From NCBI GenBank assembly GCA_964620355.1, contig CAZUIT010000006.1:53280-117279 (forward strand): a DNA stretch of 64,000 nucleotides, written 5' to 3'. The stretch is from an uncultured Burkholderiales bacterium. Its GTDB lineage: Bacteria > Bacteroidota > Bacteroidia > UBA8524. The position numbers were made by a program, and so were the translations under genes. The notes beneath the pieces are model-generated. The model saw only the letters and a program-made list of their open reading frames with translations, did no database searches and was not told the origin of the DNA. The stretch's first letter is position 1, and each line of letters starts with the position of its first letter. Shown in pieces: positions 57,710 to 64,000 of the stretch.

Positions 57710-59531
57710 TTCCTGTTTTTTGGTTGATCAAGTCGGCATTGAGCATACGGTCTTCTAAATATTTTCTTCGCTGTTCCCTATCAGGAAATAAGTAGTGTTC
57801 AATCATTAAGCTGGCAATAGGAGCTGCCCATTGGGATCCATAACCTGAATTCTCTACCACCACAGCAATTGCAATTTTAGGGTTATCTTTAGGGGCAAAT
57901 GCAAAGAAGATTGAATGGTCTTTACCATGCGGATTTTGCGCTGTACCAGTCTTGCCACAAACTTCCAAACTATCAATTTGAGCAACCCGCGCCGTACCCA
58001 TTTTCACCACATCAGCCATGCCCTCTACAACAATTGGGAAATACTTTGGGTCAACAGAACAGTAGCGTTTTTCAAATTGAGGAACTTGAAGTCCCGCAGA
58101 ATCTACATAGCGTAAAACATGCGGGGTAATATAATAGCCCCGATTTGCAATTATAGCCATGACGTTGGCCATTTGAAGAGGTGTAACTCCTAGCTCTCCC
58201 TGTCCGATAGCAACCGAGATAATAGTCGACCCTTTCCAAGAACCTTTCCCATAGAGTCGGTTATAATAAGAGCTCTCTTTCAAAATCCCTTTTGCCTCAC
58301 CATACAAGTCGATTCCAAGGCGCACCCCAATACCAAAAGTTTCAAGATGATCATGCCAATTATTATATGATTCCTCGAAGGTGCTAAATTTACGTTGGTC
58401 TACTATGCTTCGAAATACATAGCAGAAATATGGATTACACGATTGCGTTAACGCGCCCCTTAAATCTAAAGGCGAAGGATGGTGGTGACTACATTTAACC
58501 CGATGTGAGCCTACCTTATACCCCATGCCACAGGGGTACCGAGTGCTAGGGAACAAAACCCCTTCTTGTTGCGCAATGAGTGATGAGATGGCCTTGAAGA
58601 TAGATCCAGGGGGATAGGGAGCACTCAGCGGTCTGTTGAACAAAGGCTTGAGTGGGTCGTGCATGAGCTTTACGAAGTTATTTCCCCGCTGACGACCTAT
58701 TAATAAATTTGGGTCATAGCTTGGCGAAGAAATCAACGCTAGTATTTCTCCGGTGGCCGGTTCAATGGCCACCACGCTACCAATCTTTCCTCCCATCAAT
58801 GCTTCTCCATACGTTTGTAGATCCGCATCAAGGGTTGTATAAATACTTTTGCCCGCTATAGATGCGGTGTCATAGGCGCCATCGAAATAAGGGCCTACTG
58901 TTCTGTTGCGCACATCCACAATGATGTTCTTTACCCCCTTTGTACCTCGTAGAACTTCTTCATAGCTCCGTTCAATTCCTGAAATTCCGATATACTCTCC
59001 TTGGCGGTAATAACCATTTGAGTTTTCAATGATCTTATCATTTACTTCACCAATGCTACCTAGCACGTGAGCTGCACTTTTTCCTTGATAGCGTCGATCC
59101 GTCCGGATTTCCATATAGAAACCCTGAAACTCAAAAAGGTGCTCCTGAAATCCAGCATAGGTTAAGGCGGATATCTGTTTCTCAAAGACGGAGCTACGGT
59201 AGGGATTCACACTGCATTTCTTCATTTTCTTAATGAAGTTTTCGGGTGTGATTTTCAAGAGACGGCAAAATTCAGCGGTATCCAAATCTTGCACTTGACG
59301 CGGAACCACCATTAAATCGTAGGTCGCATCATTATACACCATCAAGGTTCCATTGCGGTCGTAAATCAATCCACGTGGAGGAAACTGAATCACCTTTTTC
59401 AGGAAATTATCCCTAGAGAGGCTCATATAGCGGTCGTCGAGCACCTGAATCGAAAACAGGCGTATGATGAATGCTAGCCCCACCAGTAAAAACAACGTAT
59501 AATAAAACCACTGACGGCGTTTATTGCCCAT
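57690..59531 (-). CDS. mrdA: Penicillin-binding protein 2
   Basis: YPPGSIFK (SxxK), SCN (SxN), GKTGTAQ (KTG). Confidence 0.95.
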   Translation of the reverse strand: MGNKRRQWFYYTLFLLVGLAFIIRLFSIQVLDDRYMSLSRDNFLKKVIQFPPRGLIYDRNGTLMVYNDATYDLMVVPRQVQDLDTAEFCRLLKITPENFIKKMKKCSVNPYRSSVFEKQISALTYAGFQEHLFEFQGFYMEIRTDRRYQGKSAAHVLGSIGEVNDKIIENSNGYYRQGEYIGISGIERSYEEVLRGTKGVKNIIVDVRNRTVGPYFDGAYDTASIAGKSIYTTLDADLQTYGEALMGGKIGSVVAIEPATGEILALISSPSYDPNLLIGRQRGNNFVKLMHDPLKPLFNRPLSAPYPPGSIFKAISSLIAQQEGVLFPSTRYPCGMGYKVGSHRVKCSHHHPSPLDLRGALTQSCNPYFCYVFRSIVDQRKFSTFEESYNNWHDHLETFGIGVRLGIDLYGEAKGILKESSYYNRLYGKGSWKGSTIISVAIGQGELGVTPLQMANVMAIIANRGYYITPHVLRYVDSAGLQVPQFEKRYCSVDPKYFPIVVEGMADVVKMGTARVAQIDSLEVCGKTGTAQNPHGKDHSIFFAFAPKDNPKIAIAVVVENSGYGSQWAAPIASLMIEHYLFPDREQRRKYLEDRMLNADLINQKTGNEQVSH

Positions 59532-60049
59532 TATGTATTCCTCTTCGTACGGTAAAACAGTAATTGAAACAGCAAAATTAGGCCCAAAGAAACTGCCCCG
59601 CTTAATACTGCCGACAAAATGTTTTCAAGAATATACCGAAAGCCAAAACTTTCAATGAATGCATAGCTAAGATGGTAAATAGAAACCATCACGGCAGTAT
59701 AGAGAATAAACCAACGATACCCCATGCTACTTAGTCCCGGATCCAACCCCGACTCCACTACATCAAAATGTGCAAAGTTGCGGATATAATAAATGCGCGC
59801 ATAACACAAAAGCAACAACGCAGTACTATTAAAACCTGCCGAATTATTAAACATATCCAGGAGTAATCCGCCAATAAAACCCAAAAATAGTGTAGGGACT
59901 GGCTTCAAATTAATGGGTAATGTTAAGAAAAAAAGCAATAGGATATTGGGTTGTATCAGGGGGGTTATATTGAGTTTCCCTATTACAAAAACTTGGAGCA
60001 AGAGCAGAGCGAAAAAGGCGAAAATGTGGCGAAGAATTCTACTTCCCAT
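59531..60049 (-). CDS. mreD: Rod shape-determining protein MreD
   Basis: Hydrophobic 172-aa protein between mreC and mrdA. Confidence 0.85.
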   Translation of the reverse strand: MGSRILRHIFAFFALLLLQVFVIGKLNITPLIQPNILLLFFLTLPINLKPVPTLFLGFIGGLLLDMFNNSAGFNSTALLLLCYARIYYIRNFAHFDVVESGLDPGLSSMGYRWFILYTAVMVSIYHLSYAFIESFGFRYILENILSAVLSGAVSLGLILLFQLLFYRTKRNT

Positions 60050-60884
60050 TATCGTCCTCCTTTCTTGTTTCCTCTTCTAATTCCAAGATTTGCTCTTTGA
60101 ACAGATTCTGAACAATATAAACCGAGTGCAGTGAAGTGAAATTAGTAGATAGCTTCACTTGGATATCATAAAAGTTATTTCCCTCTTTCAAACTCACTTC
60201 GGCAATGTCACCAATAAGAATACCTTCTGGATAGTGTTCCGAATAGCCGGAGGTATATACTTTTTGACCTGCCTTTATAGGTGCAAAACGATTGATATCA
60301 GCAAGCTGCGCATACTCAAACGCATTCCCATCCCATTTCACAGAACCAAAATACATCAGGGTATCAATCTTTGGTGGAATATTTGTTTTGCGGTTCAGCA
60401 GACTCATCACCGTACAAAATCGGTCGGATACCTTTACTACTACCCCTACCACTCCATCATTGCATATAACGCCCTGATTCCTTTTTACGCCATGGATTGT
60501 CCCACGGTTTAGCGTTATATAATTGTATTTTTTATCGACTGAATTATTGATTACCTGTGCATCGATATAGGAATAGCGTTGCTTAAAAATGCTATCGTTG
60601 ATGAATACTGCGGAAGTGGTATCCACGTAGTAGGCATCACGCATCAACGATTTGAGTTGAGCATTTTCTTGCAACAGGGCTTCATTTTCTTTTTTGAGCT
60701 GAAAGTAACTACGCACATCACTCACAACTGTATAGAGCTCTCCGGCAATACGATTCGACGAATTGATAAATGCCGCGCGCTGGTAAAGGTTATTGCTAAC
60801 TAAAATGAAAAAGGAAAAGACAAGAAGTAACAGGAAGATAAAAAAGACATAGAAGCGCTGAATGAATAAGAAAAGATTACGCAT
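60039..60884 (-). CDS. mreC: Rod shape-determining protein MreC
   Basis: N-terminal TM, coiled coil, YITLNRG, GVVGVV, VYTSG...YPEGILIG. Confidence 0.93.
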   Translation of the reverse strand: MRNLFLFIQRFYVFFIFLLLLVFSFFILVSNNLYQRAAFINSSNRIAGELYTVVSDVRSYFQLKKENEALLQENAQLKSLMRDAYYVDTTSAVFINDSIFKQRYSYIDAQVINNSVDKKYNYITLNRGTIHGVKRNQGVICNDGVVGVVVKVSDRFCTVMSLLNRKTNIPPKIDTLMYFGSVKWDGNAFEYAQLADINRFAPIKAGQKVYTSGYSEHYPEGILIGDIAEVSLKEGNNFYDIQVKLSTNFTSLHSVYIVQNLFKEQILELEEETRKEDDNGK

Positions 60885-60896
60885 GCGCTTTTAATC

Positions 60897-61919
60897 TCAT
60901 GTCATAAGGAATTTAAAATTATGGATATTCTTTAAGGCGATACCCGTTCCACGTACTACTGCTCTCAACGGGTCATCGGCAACATATACCGGAAGTTTCG
61001 TTTTGGCAGAAATCCTTTTGTCCAGACCTCTCAAGAGTGCTCCACCGCCGGTCAAGTATAAACCAGTTTGATAGATATCGGCGGAAAGTTCAGGAGGAGT
61101 TAATTCCAATGCGCGTAAAATGGCCTCTTCAATTTTCGAGATGGATTTATCCAATGCAAGCGCAATTTCAGAGTAGGAGACTGTTATTTGCTTTGGAATA
61201 CCCGTCATTAAGTCACGTCCATTAACCGCATAATCCTCAGGCGGATTTTCAAGTTCAGGCAAGGCCGCTCCTACTTCAATTTTTATACGCTCAGCAGAAC
61301 GTTCACCAATCAATAGGTTATGTTGACGGCGCATGTATTCAAGAATATCAAGGGTAAACTCGTCTCCCGCAACGCGGATAGACTCATCGCAAACAATTCC
61401 TCCTAAGGCGATTACAGCAATTTCGGTAGTTCCTCCACCTATATCGATGATCATATTCCCCATTGGTTCACTTACGTCGATGCCGATACCAATTGCCGCA
61501 GCCATAGGCTCATGGATGAGGTAGACTTCTTTTGATCCCGCTCTTTCCGCAGAGTCACGTACCGCTCGTTTTTCCACTTCTGTAATTCCAGAAGGAATAC
61601 AAATCACCATGCGCAACTGAGGGGAGAACAAACGTTTACCCGGATTGATCATACGAATCATTCCTCGGATCATTTGCTCTGCTGCATTAAAATCGGCAAT
61701 TACACCGTCTTTAAGCGGACGAATCGTTTTGATGTCCTCATGAACTTTTCCATGCATCTGCATTGCCTGATGACCAATAGCAATCACCTGACTGGTGGTT
61801 CTATTGATGGCAATGATAGAGGGTTGATCCACCACCACTTTATCCTTGTGGATGATAAGCGTATTTGCCGTACCAAGGTCAATCGCCAGCTCTTGCACTA
61901 AAAAATTGAACATTCCCAT
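60897..61919 (-). CDS. mreB: Actin-like protein MreB
   Basis: AIDLGTANT, RPLKDGVIADF, EPMAAAIG, DIGGGTTE, LTGGGALL. Confidence 0.98.
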   Translation of the reverse strand: MGMFNFLVQELAIDLGTANTLIIHKDKVVVDQPSIIAINRTTSQVIAIGHQAMQMHGKVHEDIKTIRPLKDGVIADFNAAEQMIRGMIRMINPGKRLFSPQLRMVICIPSGITEVEKRAVRDSAERAGSKEVYLIHEPMAAAIGIGIDVSEPMGNMIIDIGGGTTEIAVIALGGIVCDESIRVAGDEFTLDILEYMRRQHNLLIGERSAERIKIEVGAALPELENPPEDYAVNGRDLMTGIPKQITVSYSEIALALDKSISKIEEAILRALELTPPELSADIYQTGLYLTGGGALLRGLDKRISAKTKLPVYVADDPLRAVVRGTGIALKNIHNFKFLMT

Positions 61920-62084
61920 TATCCGTTCCCCAATATCGTTGTATTCTACCTTATTTCCCGCAAAATACCAATACTTTGCTGACTAATTCTAGTGGCTGGT
62001 CATTTTTTTTAGTGAATTCAAAGGAATTCTCGTTTCCTGCAAAGTACAGGGCACTAATATGAACCAAGCCGTTGTCATTTCTGA

Positions 62085-63587
62085 CTAATGACGGAAATGC
62101 CTCTGACCAGTAATAACCATTACAAGTCCATTTTCTACACAGTAATCAATTGAATCCTGATCTCGGATAGAACCTCCTGGCTGAATGAAGCCAATTACCC
62201 CTTCAGCATGCCCTAATTTCACACAATCATCAAAAGGAAAAAATGCGTCAGACGCCATAACTGAACCTTTCAAATCGAAGTTAAATTGCTTGGCTTTTTC
62301 CACCGCATGACGTAGCGCATCGATACGGCTTGTTTGTCCGCATCCCTTCCCTACCAATTGACGGTTTTTTATGAGAGCTATCGCATTCGACTTTAGATGT
62401 TTGCACACGATATTCGCAAAAGACAAATCCGATTTTTCCACCTCATTGGCTTCCCGTGCACCCGCTTCTTTCCATTCTTGGAAATTTCCCACGTCAGTAT
62501 GCTGAACAAGGGTGCCATTTAGAATAGAACGATACTGCATACCTGGCGCCAATTGTTTCTTTTGGAGGAGAATAATTCTGTTCTTTTTGCTCCTTAAAAT
62601 AGCTAGAGCCGCCTCATCATATTCAGGGGCTATCAATACTTCAAAAAAGATTTCATTAATTGCCTCTGCGGTTGCTACATCTACCCTTTTATTGGTGATT
62701 AAAACGCCACCAAAAGCAGATTCTGAATCTCCCGCCAATGCTGCGTCCCAAGATGCTTTAACTGTATCCCGCTGTGCAATGCCACACACATTGGTATGCT
62801 TAAAAATGGCAAATGTCGTTTCATTAAATTCAGCGATAAGTTGCAATGCAGCATCTACATCCACCAAATTATTATAGGAAAGTTCTTTTCCATTTAATTG
62901 TTCGAAAAGCTCATTTGTGTCACCATAAAAGCCTGAATCTTGATGTGGATTTTCTCCATAGCGCAAACTTCTCTTTCCACGCAATGGGCGGTAAATATCG
63001 CCATTGAAATAATTATTGATAGCAATATCATAATTCATCACCACTTCAAAGGCTTTTGCTGCAAACATGCGACGCTGCTCTCCAGTGGTTATACCTTTTT
63101 GCATCTGTAATAAAGCCAATAAGGCGGGGTATTCATTTTTATCTGCTAGGACAGTGAGGTCTCTAAAATTCTTAGCAGCAGCCCGAATCATAGACGGCCC
63201 ACCAATATCAATTTTCTCGATGATGGCTGCCTCTTCTGTTGTGGTTTGAAGCGTTTCTTCAAAGGGGTATAAGTCGACAATGACCAAATCAATTTCCGGA
63301 ATTTTGTATTCCTCCATCTCCGCCAAGTCACTTTCTACATAACGTCTTCCCAATATCCCTCCAAAAACGGAAGGGTGAAGGGTTTTAACACGTCCGCCTA
63401 ATATGGAAGGATAACCAGTCACTGATTCAACAGCTACACAGGGAATATTAAGTTTCTCTAAATAGGTCTGTGTTCCACCAGTAGAATAGATAGTGACGCC
63501 TTGCTGGTGCAATTCTTTGGCAATCTCATCTAATCCATCTTTATAAAATACGGAGATCAGTGCTGATTTGATTTGTTTGTCGTTCAT
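62085..63587 (-). CDS. purH: Bifunctional AICAR transformylase / IMP cyclohydrolase
   Basis: ALISVFYK, RVKTLHP, IDIGGPSMIRAAAKN, LRYGENPHQ, ASDAFFPF. ATG 63587 overlaps the rnc stop (ATGA). Confidence 0.97.
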   Translation of the reverse strand: MNDKQIKSALISVFYKDGLDEIAKELHQQGVTIYSTGGTQTYLEKLNIPCVAVESVTGYPSILGGRVKTLHPSVFGGILGRRYVESDLAEMEEYKIPEIDLVIVDLYPFEETLQTTTEEAAIIEKIDIGGPSMIRAAAKNFRDLTVLADKNEYPALLALLQMQKGITTGEQRRMFAAKAFEVVMNYDIAINNYFNGDIYRPLRGKRSLRYGENPHQDSGFYGDTNELFEQLNGKELSYNNLVDVDAALQLIAEFNETTFAIFKHTNVCGIAQRDTVKASWDAALAGDSESAFGGVLITNKRVDVATAEAINEIFFEVLIAPEYDEAALAILRSKKNRIILLQKKQLAPGMQYRSILNGTLVQHTDVGNFQEWKEAGAREANEVEKSDLSFANIVCKHLKSNAIALIKNRQLVGKGCGQTSRIDALRHAVEKAKQFNFDLKGSVMASDAFFPFDDCVKLGHAEGVIGFIQPGGSIRDQDSIDYCVENGLVMVITGQRHFRH

Positions 63588-64000
63588 GATGCTATTATTT
63601 CCAACCGTAGACATGCTTGTCTGGCGGCCTCTTGTTCGGCTTTTTTCTTTGAAAATTCTTCTCCACGGCCAAATTCAACGCCATCAATTGTGGCACTCAT
63701 TACATATACTTTGGCGCGTCCTTTTTGTTTTTCCTCTACCAATTCAAAAGCAGCTTCTCGTCGCTTTTTCTGTGACCATTCAATCAAGCGGCTCTTAAAG
63801 TTTACCTCAACCTGTGCCAACTCATGGATATCCACGTAATTTTTCAGGATGCGTTTGAGGATATATTTATGGGTAAACTTATACCCCTTATCCATATAAA
63901 TAGCTCCTACCAATGCTTCCAAGGCATTGCCGCTAAGGGAGCGCATTACCTGTTTATTATTTCCAAGCCCTTTGCCATATTGAATAAGTTCATCCAAGCC
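63584..64000 (-). CDS. rnc: Ribonuclease III, C-terminal part (start lies beyond the window)
   Basis: GNALEALVGAIYMDKG and dsRNA-binding domain NFKSRLIEWSQK...SKKKAEQEAA. Confidence 0.93.
   Translation of the reverse strand, partial: GLDELIQYGKGLGNNKQVMRSLSGNALEALVGAIYMDKGYKFTHKYILKRILKNYVDIHELAQVEVNFKSRLIEWSQKKRREAAFELVEEKQKGRAKVYVMSATIDGVEFGRGEEFSKKKAEQEAARQACLRLEIIAS

Noticed and set aside
1-64000. CRISPR arrays, tRNA/rRNA genes, IS elements, integrases, prophage or defence genes
   Set aside because: No regularly spaced repeats, tRNA arms, transposase or integrase motifs were seen by eye; tRNAscan, cmscan and HMM searches would be needed to exclude them fully.

Overview
This window is chromosomal DNA from a Bacteroidota organism, probably free-living. 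The evidence is TAnnTTTG promoter boxes, type IX secretion (T9SS) C-terminal domains, a Bacteroidota-type carotenoid operon and a TPP-riboswitch-controlled TonB receptor. From left to right it holds: a surface-glycan locus rich in methyltransferases, split by an oppositely oriented four-gene block (1-9 kb); two tandem ~1760-aa T9SS type-B subtilases (9-19.6 kb); an RsmI-like methylase; a TetR (PaaR-like) gene with a lone paaA and an unannotated 53-aa membrane ORF; and the first ECF sigma / anti-sigma-linker-beta-barrel pair. Next come housekeeping genes (sucB, nadD, gmk, yicC, menB, menD), a TPP riboswitch with its TonB receptor, an ECF-led crt operon, queD-folE, a PAS kinase with a receiver protein, serS, a Kazal-T9SS protein, mscL, tyrS, cinA and a second E2. 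It ends with a second sigma / anti-sigma-barrel pair, pyrG, mreBCD-mrdA-rodA, purH and partial rnc. I saw no tRNA, rRNA, CRISPR array, transposase or integrase. The strongest leads are the two envelope-spanning anti-sigma systems, the subtilase copy with a GTSASSS nucleophile motif, the paaR-paaA-small ORF unit, the TPP aptamer with an inserted hairpin and the structured queD-folE leader. All calls come from reading motifs by eye; no database searches or folding programs were run.
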